Notes under the pieces: model-generated | The model's input: only the letters and a program-made list of their open reading frames with translations | Told to the model about the DNA's origin: nothing | The model's database searches: none | Position numbers and translations under genes: made by a program | Shown here: in pieces, positions 1-13,600 of the stretch | Layout: each line of letters begins with the position of its first letter | Numbering within the stretch: the first letter of the stretch is position 1 | Source of the DNA: Hormiphora californensis | Taxonomy: Eukaryota > Animalia > Ctenophora | DNA length: 64,000 bases | NCBI GenBank assembly: GCA_020137815.1 | Contig: CM035361.1 | Coordinates: 6,138,001 to 6,202,000 of the forward strand | Direction: 5' to 3'

Positions 1-871
1 CTTTGGTCAACTTTAGTAATTTTGGTACCAGAATGTAGAAAAATGTCTAAATTATCGAAAAATGAACAGCTTAGTACAATTATGTATCATAGGAATGAAT
101 AATGACGCATAATATGCTAAAAATGACCGATTTTTGGCGTGGACGTAATGACCATGACGACCGTGACGTTAGGGAAAATCGCTCATAAAATCAGTTATGG
201 TTGTCGTACGACGTAAAAATGGGTATCCAGCGGTAGCTCTCAAAGAGATCTGTCTGATTGGGAAATATGAAAGCATACTTGTAACTAATTTGGATTTAAA
301 TTGCTTTGATAGTGAAAAATGTAATGATTGTAACGACCGTGACATTCGACCGTAACGTAACGGTCGTTAAAAATGTAACGACCATCACGTAACGGTCGTT
401 AAATTTGTAACGTCCGTAACGTTATGGTCGCTACGAAAGTAACGACCATGACGTTATGGACATTACAAAATTCAAGATGTAATGACCGTGACAGACCTTA
501 TAAGGTCATGAATTTGACTCCGCCACAAAGTTATTTGCACAGACATTACACCTGTAACGTCCGTAACGTTATGGACGTTACGAAATAACGACCATCACGT
601 AACGGTCGTTAAATTTGTAACGACCATAGACGTTATGGTCATTACGACCACTTCACATGCAATTGTAATTAAATTGCATTGTAACGTCCATCACGTAACG
701 GTCGTTGCGTAACGTACGCGGCTTTAATTACTCATAATTATTTAATTATGCAATAATTATGAAGTCCACGTATACAGAAATACTAAGTCCATTACGTGCT
801 TTCAGATGATATAAGTTTTATCGAAATCGGACAAGTTTGAAATTTTGGTGTCAATTTCATGAGAATGACCC
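1..871. mobile_element. Right part of a putative non-autonomous DNA transposon with internal GTAACGACCGTGAC-type repeats
   Basis: Many direct and inverted copies of (G)TAACGACCRT(G/C)ACG at 140-720. Terminus-like sequence ...TTTCATGAGAATGACCC at 855-871. The other end is not in the window. Confidence 0.55.
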
Positions 872-1968
872 AAATGCCAATCCAACATTCCACCGAGTCA
901 CTTTCACAGCCGTGCTTCTTCATCGCAAAGGGTGGTACTTCTAGAACCTAAAATAGAAAATTGATCTTGACCTTCTGATCAATTAGATCCCCTGCGGTCC
1001 CCTGGACTCTGGAGAGATCCGTCTACATTCGGACCGCGATAAATACCGGGAACTCCGATTTACCGAGTGGAACCCTTTCCCTCGAGCATCTCGGTAAATC
1101 GAGATCTGATTGTGTTACCAAAAACTATGATCTCCGGAGCTGGTTGAAAAAGGGTTTGAACGAAACAAGTTCAAACCAGGAACCGACCGAATCAGGAAAT
1201 ACTGGTCCCTGATTGGCCGATAACCAGTCACGTGACCTAAATAACGAGTTCTGATTGGTTGTTTACTTGTTTCGGTCGGTTCCTGGTTCAAACTACTCAC
1301 CCCAATCTTCAGGACCTGTCCTTCAAGGTTGTTTGCAAGGCCTATGGGGGCAGATTTTAGTCCGCCAAGAAACGTTACATCTTGGTCCGTTATCTCTAGC
1401 CTAGAAAGTATAAAATATGACGATACACTTTAATTCTGTATTATTATATTTTCAATATCGGTCTATTGAATGTATTTATTTCAATAAATATATGAAAATA
1501 CACTCAATAGACCGATAAAACACTCTTGTTTTGCATTTGTGCACACTCCATACTCTTAAAGGCGATTCAAATAAAGATTCTTCTACCTTCTAACCTTTTA
1601 TTTAGTTTGTTGCTATGCCATGTACCAATCTTGTCAAAATGGTACCCTGACCCTTCATCGACGAAATTCAAAATATTATACGCCGCAACCTGGGTGTTAC
1701 GGGCCTCAGCACTGAAACTGTACGCTCCAGTCACTCCTTGATAAGAGATGTTAGTTAGGTGTTCGAATATGTGTGCTCCCTCGTCAAATCCGGAGCCACC
1801 ACAGCGGGCACCAGAGTGGTCTATTACTGATCCAAGTTCGGTTTCGTGATACTGAAGAACCTAGAGAGAGAGAGAAATGGTTTTTACCGCTCGCAAATGG
1901 TCTAGGGATTAGGGAAACTCCCTCTCGGCATTCTCCCCTCCACCCTATCTTTATTCATTTCCGTATAA

Positions 1969-2028
<60 letters not shown>

Positions 2029-4625
2029 CGTTCCAGCCATCATTACGGCATCGTAAACCATCGCTGTCACTGTAATAATATCTGAATCGTCCAATGAGCC
2101 ACCGGCAAACTCCATCAGATTATTTTTGAACTCCCTGACATTGAAACTCATTAATTAATTAAATTTCAGTTAATTATGTAGTTTAATTAATCAATTTATT
2201 AATTTCTTAAATTCTTATAGTTCTCTTATTTAAGTTTTCTAAGTATTCAGAACAGAATCTACAAGTCTGGGAGTACAGGTATAATTACTTGTAAGGGGGA
2301 GTGGTTGTGTTTATGGAGAGAGACAGCCCAAGTAGTCCGCCTAACCATGCAGGGTAATACCCTGTAGCCCTTCGCTTTGGTTGGAACTTTTCAACCATTA
2401 GCGACTGTGGGGCGCTGGCTATTCCCTCGGTCACAATCCACACGAATGTACTGTCCATTAGCCCAATCTGGTCGGTAAAAAAAATAATTTGGAGGGGTCC
2501 GAATTTGGGGTGTATTTCGGATAAGAAACTTTCGTGCTTACAACTTTACCTAATTAGTTAATTAATCTTAGTTACGATTTTGGATGATAATTTGAGATAC
2601 GCTCAAACTGTCTTTACATTCATCCTTATCGGTGCAATTCTCCAGGAACCGACCGACACAAGTAAACAGCCAATCAGAACTCATTATTTTGGTCACGTGA
2701 CTGGTTATCAGCCAATCAGGGACCAGTATTTCCTGATTCGGTCGGTTCCTGCTTAATTGCAATGCCCTCAGTGCCCTGAATTTTAGAAATCTAAAAAAAT
2801 ATTTCTTTAAGCCTTCAGCTAGGCTGCAAAATTGCCAATGCCACGTACCGCCTGTGCTTTTTCCAAGACAGCCCTAGCGTACAGATCCTCACAGTGAAGA
2901 ATGAAGACACGTTCCAAGTTGCGTTCCACGTTCTTAAGGATATCGGCCAGGTCCAGACGATCCACATCTTCCACGGCATTGAAAAAATACACCTGCAATG
3001 AATTAAACAATGAATTAATGAATATTCATACCATATGGTACTAACCCGGTAAATCGGGGATGCCTGGTATATCGGGGTCCGACTGTACTATACATTAACA
3101 TGATCACAATTACCTCTATATCAAATTCCTCTACAACACCCCCACCCAGTAACAAACACTGCTATTGACTATGTAACTACAGTCGGGCCTCGATTTACCG
3201 GGATGTTCGGGGAAAGGGTTTTGCCCGGTAAATCGGGGATGCCTGGTATATCGGGGTCCGACTGTACTATACATTAACATGATCACAATTACCTCTATAT
3301 CAAATTCCTCTACAACACCCCCACCTAACCACACCTCCACAACCCTAACCAACCCTCTCTACAATTACCTCTATATCAAACTCCTCCACGACGCTATCCT
3401 CTGCAGTAGTCTCAGACAGCAACTGCTGCAGAATCGTGACTCCATGAATTCCGTAGTTGCTATCAGACGCTATGATAGCGAGATCAGTCCACCCATAATG
3501 AGTCAGGATATCTAGTATCACCTCAGCTTGGAACTCGTCGGAAGGCGCCATCATTAACAGCTCGGTCCTATCACCTGGGTTTCGATTGAATACTAGTTCG
3601 GAAAGTTAGGAGAGTTTGTGTGTGGGGGGATTTGGGGACGAATATAAGCGCTGCTGGATTCTCGGAAGATTCAGCAGGAATGCGGGATCCGGGGAACATG
3701 GAACATTAAAAGTGGTGTCCTTAGTGTCATGCAGCAACCGACCAATCAGAACTCGTTATTTAGGTCACGTGACTGGTTATCAGCCAATCAGGGAACATGG
3801 AACATTAAAAGTGGTGTCCTTAGTGTCATATTGTGCTAGAAGGAGGTTCATGAATCTTTCACATGCAGAGCGTCAATTAGCATAAAAATGAAGCTCTTTT
3901 TTTGGAACGATCAAAAGAAGCACCGTGCCCTCTAAAGGTAGAATATAACGGGTTACATATTTAATAATGAAACTTAAATAACATAATATAAACATTTAAA
4001 TACAGATAAAAATAATTACTAGTGATTTTAAACATTTTAAATATTTCACCTGTTTTCAAGTATGGATCCGTTGCACTGGTTGCTATGAAAGGAACTTTAA
4101 TCCGATTAAAAATGTCTGCCTGCAGACCAACATAATCAGAGTTATCTGGGGATATCACCAGAGAGATGTTGTTTTCTAGCAGCTCACATGAACTGGAAAC
4201 GCTATGGAAGAGGGATTGAGCGTTGTAAACTTTGAAATGTGGTTCAACTCGGATAGTAGTAGAGTTTTTGTTTATCTGGTCTGCCGCGTATAAAACTGCT
4301 TGCCTGAAAATATATGTCAGGATTAGTGGTTGACCGTGTATTTAAAGGTCCAAATAACAGTCAACCACTAGTCAAGCTTTAGAACAGCTTTAATTATTGA
4401 ACAAGACTGCAACTTCCCCCGCTAGTTAACTAAAATGAAGGCTCTTCATTCAACTGCAGTTAGTTGTTACTCCACCAAAATGATTCTACAAATTACTAAC
4501 TTGTAAGATTCTAAGTATTTATCAGCACGGTTAATCATAATGCCAATGTTATGTTGTATCAATGCTTCCCCCGTTACCATGGTAACCAACAGCAGAGCCC
4601 CCAGCAACAGCCGTTGTAATGCCAT
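872..4625 (-). CDS. Ionotropic glutamate receptor subunit (signal peptide, LIVBP-like amino-terminal domain, start of S1 ligand-binding segment); 3' part lies left of the window
   Basis: Phase-consistent GT-AG exons 4625-4501 (MALQRLLLGALLLVTMVTG signal peptide), 4303-4050, 3574-3369, 2992-2849, 2467-2289, 2134-2029, 1860-1595, 1400-1301, 947-872. Motifs: VPFIATSATDP, DILTHYGWTDLAII, FVWIV, VYDAV, GVTGAYSF (ANF_receptor/LIVBP fold), then LKIGVLEVPPFAM..C..CWIG (iGluR S1). Confidence 0.9.
1177..1285. mobile_element. hAT-like MITE family A (109 bp)
   Basis: TIR CAGGAACCGACCGAA, 8-bp TSD GTTCAAAC. Confidence 0.92.
2643..2751. mobile_element. MITE family A copy
   Basis: Same sequence in reverse orientation, both TIRs present, TSD not clear. 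Confidence 0.88.
3180..3264. mobile_element. Tc1/mariner-like MITE family B (short copy; partial duplicate at 3045-3085)
   Basis: TA|CAGTCGG...CCGACTG|TA with GATTTACCGG sub-repeats. Confidence 0.8.
3736..3794. mobile_element. Internal fragment of MITE family A between 39-bp direct repeats
   Basis: CCAATCAGAACTCGTTATTTAGGTCACGTGACTGGTTATCAGCCAATCAGGG flanked by GGGAACATGGAACATTAAAAGTGGTGTCCTTAGTGTCAT twice. Confidence 0.75.
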
Positions 4626-5092
4626 GGCTCCCACGAGAGAGAGACTTGTTCACCTGTTGAGATTGTAGGCAACTGAAACTTTTCGGTAAACAACTATATA
4701 ATAGGCTGATCAGTTCCACGACGGAAAATTTATATTTAAAGTAAGTGAACAAAGTTTTTTTCGATAGATATAATATGTAGTTGCTTTTTAAGATGAGAGA
4801 AAGATTTTAATGAAACCGCTCTATTTTTTCAAAAGCAATAATGTGAAATTTCTTCAATGTTTTCTGTGGATTAAGTCGTGGTTTTTCAAAACAAGGAAGT
4901 GGTAATTTAAGTCCAAGCGAACTATTTATGAGACAATTTACCCGAATAGATTTGCTAACATAAAGGAATAGAAGAAATATCTGAGGAATATTAAGTTCAC
5001 ACAAGAAACTGCGAGCAGCATGGGTATTAGAATATGACCAGAAATAACAAGATTAACTAAACACGTGTTCTAGGAAACTGAGATAGATAGCG

Positions 5093-5249
<157 letters not shown>

Positions 5250-6624
5250 AGCAGTTTCAAAAATGGCTAACAATGCGAAATGACGACTGACGAGTACAAA
5301 CGACAGCTGGTCTGCTGACAAGAAACAGAACAGAATATAAACAACAAACCAGGCAGAACTCTAAAACTGCTTTCCAGCCAACATGATAAGGTCATAGCAC
5401 AAGTAGCACAGGGTATAGTATAGGTCTGTGTTTTTGTCTCTCCTTCGACCGTGAAATTTTATTAAGAACAAACGTGTCATCCGTTTTAAACGACCCTACT
5501 AAAATTTAGTTCGACGGTCGATTGATAAACGATTCATTAATGATTGATTTCAATTGTTAATCAATCGTTACTAATCAGAACAGGATGCTCGTTCCACGGT
5601 TCATGCATTTAATACCACTTGCTAACTTGAACTATCACCCTTTTAATCTCCCGCCAACGCCGCCCTTTCAACTAATACCCCGCACGTGTATGTCACGTGA
5701 CCTTTGCACGTGCAGAGTTAGTCGTTCTACCAGTCAGCGTGGCATTCCAATCGATTTGGTGATGTCCTGGCCAATTATCGCCATGGAGAAGAGCATAATG
5801 GGAGATCGTAAAATCGGCACTAAATTCTCATGATCATAGGGTTTACCGTGAGAATCCAAACAAGTCTAGTTACAGTCGGAGGAAAACCGTGGCTATGATA
5901 CTGATAGGCTAATTTCCAATTTCTGCCCTTTATATATCAAGGTTTATTGTACACGTGGTAAGCCAATTATAATATATCGATGCTTTACTTAATATTGTAA
6001 TGAGTATAATGAGTAAAATGGTCTTTTATTGGCATTTTTCTGAGAAACTAGAAAGTAAAACTGGCCTTTTTCTTAGAAGTCGTGCACGTGCGTTTAATTG
6101 CAGTGAACAATAGGCAAGAAGGTGGTTTCTAAACACTTCTTCATCGGAACTGCTGATGAAAGGGCTGTGTGTATGCAGGACTACTTTTACTGGTTTTGTC
6201 ATATAAACACCAGAAATCAGAAATTGAGCGACAATGGCCAGATAATAAAGAAGATCATTACGCGAACATAATGCCGCTATCTTTTGTTCAATAAAAACTC
6301 AGATTATAGTATACCACCGACCACGTACTGGTTTTTGTAAGAGAACAGCTAGGAACATTGTCGAACAATTTCATGATCAGGATATGTATGAAATACACGA
6401 GCTTTTTATCACACACACTTCCATCATTTACAATTAAATTTACAATTAAATTTAGTTCTAATCCAAATCAACTTTTTTCATCTCTTGCCACCCCTCCCTT
6501 TTCCAAAAGGATCGCTTTTCTTTTCTTAAGTGCCGCCCACTTCCAATCCCACTGGCTGCCAAACAATACCCCAGCGAGGGTCTTTGTCGATGAGACCGAC
6601 GTACGTTCACTATTTCCTTTTCAG

Positions 6625-7518
6625 GCATCTAAAACTGGGGGCAGCCCGACGAGAGGAAGTAACTAGCCAACTCCAACAGCATTCCGCAACTGTTTTCGCA
6701 TTCCTGGAGTTTGCAATTGATAATCTGGCGGCCACTGGAACACAAGATATTACATTGAATCACGTGTTTAAATGTTGGGGAAGCTGGCTATTTTTAGGTA
6801 GGTGCTATTTTGGGTATGGAGCCGGAAATAGTTTGAAATGGGAAGTAAATTTTTGGGTATCTGCATTCATGGTCGAATTTAGGCTTCTGGTGGTCCCTGA
6901 AGACTTCACCAGCGTACCAGGACTGAACTACTCCTTCATCAGCGACTCCTGGTACGCTGGTGAAGTCGTCAGGGCCCTGTAGGGACCCCCAGAAGCCAAT
7001 ATAGGCCAATCCGCGAAAATTAATTTCCCGCGAAAATAAATGGTTTTACAGTAATCCATTTTGATATAAGGACTAAAAATTCATACCTATCATCACCCCG
7101 GGCCCATTGGACTGCACACTAGATTTTCGTATAGCTTCTAGTAAAAGAAAAATGGTGAGCAAAAGTTTGGTGAAACTAAAAAGGGCCCTCACAGTGTAAT
7201 ATGGAAATAAGGAAAGCATGAAATGAGAGCGACAGAGATCTTTTAGAAGAATCATAATTTGCACAGAAAGAACAGCTTTTTAAGGTAAAATTTCCCTTTT
7301 TGAATATTCATTTTAGACTCATTTTAGAAGCATGGTCGTTACATGGTGTGGGTGACAAAGATTATGTTTTACCGCGGCATAGAGAATGCCTGAAGAACAG
7401 GAAATGTAAAGAAGGGTGAGAACTGAGAGACTTCCTAAAGACTGGAAGACTTGTCGAAAAGGAAGAGCAAAGATGAATAGTGATTACTCAGCTCTCTCTC
7501 TCTCTCTCTCTCTATCTC

Positions 7519-7571
<53 letters not shown>

Positions 7572-7641
7572 CTCGCTCTCGCTCTCGCTCTCGCTCTCTC
7601 TTGCTCTCTCTTGCTCTCTCTTGCTCCCTCTCTATCTCTCA

Positions 7642-7702
<61 letters not shown>

Positions 7703-10538
7703 TCTCTCGCTCTCTCTCTTCCACTTTCTAAGTTCAGACAATTTATTCAAAATAGTTTACTTCTGCAGAACTTCCACTGGCGATTAGATTAATGTTCGAC
7801 GCCTCTCAAAATAAACCAAGCCGGGAACGCATAGACGCTAACAGATTTGGTTATAATCAACTTAGATTCACCAGAATTTCCGGGAAATTATTTCCCGATT
7901 TATTAATGGCTAGTAAACAAAAATTATTAGAGCCCCGTGATTTTTTTTCGAACTAAACCAGGGTTCAGTTTTTCACGTAAACAATCGGCCAATAACACAC
8001 ATGCTAGGAAAACTACTGATTCAATTAAAAAATACGCATTTTAGCGAAGAATTTTAAGACCTTTTTCTTTTTTAAAGAACAATTAAAAAGAAGAAAAAAC
8101 AACTCTACTTTCCAGGAGAGTTTGATGCCAAGTTGGTGGCTCACGGACGCATTTTACCTCGGATATTTGACATTATCACCACATCAAATCATTCCCACAA
8201 ATGTTACGAAACGGCATCCGATGCCATCTGTTCTGCAACCTACGCAATGGAGGATCTACATTTGAACAGGTAATACTGGTCCCTGATTGGCTGATATCCA
8301 GTCACGTGACCTAAATAACGAGGTCTGATTGGTTGTTTACTTGTTTCGGTCGGTCCCTCCTTAGTGTCTGATATAAATGAAACATCGGATCGGACTAGCT
8401 GCTCCTTTCTTTCATTTGGTTGTTTCCTCCAATTTTCTGATTGGTGCACATTTCAAGAAACTTCAAAACAGTAATATGATTCCTATTTTCCAAGCTAGAC
8501 TGCCCTTCGCACGGGGTTGAACAAAACAAATTCCTATCTTACCCATCATATTCAACCGGGTATTTACAAATCCCCCAAAGTCAACACTCAACCTGTTAAA
8601 TATCTTGCCTTGTTCGACCCCTTTTTTCTCCGCAGAACGTTACAACATAACAAATCGCAACCCCATCACAGGGAACTTGCAAATCAACTTGTACCCCGAC
8701 TCAGCAACTTCCACCAGCCACTTGTAAAGGCACTAAAAGAAGAGGATGCTGATGTGGTCAAGAATATCGTCAGAATTTTAACTGGTAAGAGATGATGATG
8801 CGAGAATGTTTCCTCATAATCCCAGGTCAAAATTGTTGACAATGTAGCAATGCGCTTGCCAGCACATTTTGGTAAACTCCCAGCACATTTTGAAATTTAA
8901 GAGGGAACTATTAAATTGAGTCTGGCGTGCTCCTATTGGTCCATATATTGTCGACATTAGGTGCTATTTTTGATCGATTTTACAGAAAAACTTACTATGC
9001 CAATATATTGGCATAAAGGACGTTTATTAGAGAAATTTGCTTCGCGACCGGTGGTAGAGAGGCCAATATATATATTGGCCTCTCTACCACCGGTCGCGAA
9101 GCAAATTTCTCTAATAAACGTCCTAGGGTGTTCCAATTGGTCTATATTTACTCCTTATAACCGTGGATAGTCGATATATTGAGTCTTAGGGGGTGCTGGC
9201 TGGGTGCTGGCATCCAGCAATGGGGCAGCAATGGATCGATTTTACAGAAAAAGTTACTATGTCAATATAGCCTCTCTGCCACCGGTCGCGAGGCAAATTT
9301 CTCCAATAAACGTCCTAGGGTGTTCCAATTGGTCTATATTTACTCCCTATAACCGTGGATAGTCGATAAATAGAGTTTTAGGGGGTGCTGGCTGGGTGCT
9401 GGGATCCAGCAATGGGGCAGCAATGTAAACGTGTCTCATTGCTGCATATTGCTGGATGCCAGCACCCATTCTTCACCCCCTAAGACTCAATTTATCGACT
9501 ATCCACGGTTATAGGGAGTAAATATAGACCAATTGGAACACCCTAGGACGTTTATTGGAGAAATTTGCCTCGCGACCGGTGACAGAGAGGCCATATTGAC
9601 ACAGTAACTTTTTCTGTAAAATTGATCCATTGCTGCCCCATTGCTGGATGCCAGCACCCATCTTTCACCCCCTAAAACTCAATTTATCGACCATCCACGG
9701 TTATAGGGAGTAAATATAGACCAATCGGAACACCCTAGGACGTTTATTAGAGAAATTGGCTCCGCGACCGGCGGAAGAGAGGCATTATTGACGTCAACGT
9801 GCAATAGCAAAATTCCAGCACTTTTTGAATCCCAAAATTCCAATTGCCAGCACTTTTTCAACAATTTTGACCTGGGCTCATAATTGATATGATGTACATA
9901 AATGTACCAATTTTTAGACGATTTTTGTACAGTCGGACCCCGATTTAGTGGCCCCCGATTTAGTGGCACCCCGATTTAGTGGCAGGATTTTTTCCCCCGA
10001 ATATAGGAAATTAACATTATTTGAACCCGATTTAGTGGACACCCCGATTTAGTGGACAAAACCCTTTCCCCCGAGGATGCCACTAAATCGGGGTCCGACT
10101 GTATTACGAGTTTTTAACATGAAACTTATCTTTCAGAGGCGGGAGAGTCATTGATAAGTCAGTTAACAACAACACCCGGGAAGGATCTGGGAGATCTGAC
10201 GATAGTGTCACTAGTACTAATGGGCATCAAATACCCTGACTATTCGGTGAGCAGTATACTAATCAAATTAGCTAAGTAATTAAATAGATTCAAGATTCAA
10301 GATTCAAAATATGTATTTGAACATAGAAACACATAGTTGCTATAAAGCACTGCTACTGCAGTCAGTACAGAACAACAACAACTGTACTAATTTAGTAGAT
10401 ATATGTCGCTAAACTAAGTTTAGATCAAATTAGTGCAAATGTGCATTGTTGTACAGTTGCATGCGAGATCAACAGTTTACCAAACTGCTAGATATAGGAT
10501 AGGGAGATGTAATGCTAACTTTTCCCTTCTCTCTAGTA

Positions 10539-10622
<84 letters not shown>

Positions 10623-13600
10623 GCCTTCTTTCTACCTCTCTCTCTCGCCTTCTTTCTCCCTCTCTCTGATTTTTGTCGATGCCCATTTCCTGATGAAATT
10701 ACCTCCGACGAAAGACAGCATGAAGGATAATTGTTCAATCAACTATAAAATAGCTTTTCTAATTGTTAGGTCTATATCGTCATGAAATCTGAAATTATGA
10801 TCTCAAAGCAATTAAATAAATATCAGGGGATCGACCCAGAGATTAAATATTAGATCGATTAAATCTTCCCAATTATTTCTGCAGTTTTCGAGATTTATAG
10901 TCCCTAATTCTTTCCTAACAGGTTGCAGAGGTATCCCTAAATTTCTGGTTCCAGCTCGCTGAGCACGTGTACAGAGCACCACATCAGGAGGTTGTCGAGA
11001 CTTTTAAACCCGTCTATATGGAACTTTTAACTGTTATCGTAAGTATAACTTCTCTTTCTGTTATTAACTGTTATCGTAAGTATAACTTTCTCGGTTTACC
11101 GGTAATAAACCGAGGACCGGTAAATCGAGATTTGTCATTGTAACTGAGTAAGAGTTAAATCGGTAAAACACAATTTGAAAAACTCCACTATTTGAAAAAC
11201 TCCACAATTTGAAAAACTCCACCATTTGAAACTCCACCATTTGAAACTCCACAATTTGAAACTCCACCATTTGAAACTCCACAATTTGAAACTACACAAT
11301 TTGAAACTCCACAATTTGAAACTCCACAATTTGGAACTCCACAATTTGAAAAACTCCACAATTTGAAAAACTCCACCATTTGAAACTCCACCATTTGAAA
11401 CTCCACAATTTGAAACTCCACCATTTGAAACTCCACCATTTGAAACTCCACCATTTGAAACTCCACCATTTGAAACTCCACAATTTGAAAAACTCCGCTC
11501 GCCATGGTGATTATATTTTCAGGTAAAGTTATGTGAGATGGGTCCAGAATGTGAAGAAGTTGGTTCTTTTGAGGACGAAGATTTCCATGATTTCAGGGAA
11601 AAATGTTGGGATCTGATGAAGGAAATAGTTTTTGTTGTTGGTGAGTTAGTTCAGTTTCCGTACTACATGACTCCTAAAGAATTACTCTCCCTTTAGTTAA
11701 TGTAACAATCTTTCTTTAGTTCTCTTTAGTAAACACAACGATCTCACTCTGCTCTCTCTTTTTCAGGTATTGTTCCGGTTATATCTTCTCTCGTGACGGA
11801 GGTAGAGACGACTCCAAACGAAAATTGGAAGAAATTGGAGTCGCTTCTCTTTTGTAGTTCGACCATTGTCAAAGTTCTTGACATGTCTGACAAACAAATT
11901 GTTTATAGGTGACTTTAAATTCCTATTTTTTCCCCGCCCGGGTGAATGCCGAAGGCATTCACCCGGATGCCTTTTGTAAAAAGGCATAGGGGTTTAGGAT
12001 TCGACAATTTTAGTTTTACATACTAGTGAGGTGTCACGCTTTGATGTAACGTAACCTCCTGAGTTGCTGTTGGCAACTATCCAGTGCGGAATGCTGTCAC
12101 TTACTGACTGAACACAACAGGAAATTCGCGCGCATGTGCGCGGCGCCTTTATGTTGCACTTGCGATTACAATTGTTCATAGATTTGTCATCGCGCCCTAC
12201 GTCATTGTGCAATGAACATTGTTCTGCATTTGTGATCGGAACTGCGACTTATTATTACTAGGATATCACATAGCTCAGGCAACCCATCAGCTATACCGGC
12301 TCACGTATCAGTGCCCAATTAGAAGCAGGTGTGGCAACTGGCACATGCCAGATCACATGGTTGGCGGGGAAACCAGGCGATATGACATCATATCGCAATT
12401 ATTCTTGTTTATGACGATTATCAATATTGATAGAGATTGAAAGTAATATCTTTTACTTTTAAATGATCAATTAGTTTATTACAAACAAACCAATCAGCCC
12501 GTAATTCGGAAATTTACACTGTAAATTTACCGCAGGACATAGTTCCAGGCGACTCAACTACCCACTTGCAGGTACCTTCACAAGTGTCTGAACACCACAG
12601 AATCCTGCCACATGCACCTTCGTGTAGCTGCCATCAAGTTTACTGGGGAGTGTAGTGAGTGGATTGTTGCAGATACCCACATTCTACCTGCCGCTCTGGC
12701 AAAAATTCTTGAAGGTAATTGCGATGCAGTTTGGTTTTGGTATTGAATCGTTTATCAAATACAGTCGGACCCCGATTTAGGGGCCCCCGATTTAGTGGCA
12801 CCCCGATTTAGGGACAGGATTTTTTCCCCCGATATACGAAAATTAACATTATTTGAACCCGATTTAGTGGACACCCCGATTTAGTGGACAAGAGTCTTTC
12901 CCCCGAGGGTGTCCCTAAATCGGGGTCCGACTGTAGTCAATTCTAGATTTACCATACATTTAAACCCTTCGTTCCCCTAGCTTCAGCCCCATTCTTTATT
13001 ATTATTTATTCCTATAATTCCGTTTTCAGAAATCCCATTCTTTATTATTATTTATTCCTATAATTTTCAGAAATCAGGGTTCCGACATTGTCTAGTCACT
13101 GTATGGTTACACTTGATAAACTGTGCCAGCTTGGAGGTCAACAGTTACAGGTTCGAGCAACCTAACATTACAACACAATAACTTCTCTTATGTGCCCATA
13201 TTAAATTATTAACTGATAATTAATTAGCTGATAATTATTAATTAACGATTAATCGGCTGATAATTATTAATTAACGACTAATCAGCTGATAATTATTTCA
13301 GACCCACCTAGAAGTACTACTTGAGATAGTACAGCACTGTGCTGATGTTCCTCTTGCTACACAGGCTAACTTTATTCAAACTGTTACTGGTATGTTACTA
13401 CTTAATTAATTAATTGATTAATTAATCAATAATTAATCAATTAATTACCCCAACTACACTCCCAGGTGTGATCTGCTACAAGCCGCTTCCTGAACAATCT
13501 GCACTGTTGTTACGCCTCGCAAACAGACCACTCTCATCTCTTGGAGTCCCTTCTGAGAAATCAGTTGTCAAAGATGTAAGTTATTGTCTTGAGTCTTGAC

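Noticed and set aside
1115-1300. Recurring peptide QPIRTRYLGHVTGYQPIRDQYF
   Set aside because: Translation of non-coding MITE family A.
11064-11505. VEFQM/WSFK repeat ORFs
   Set aside because: Intronic minisatellite translations.
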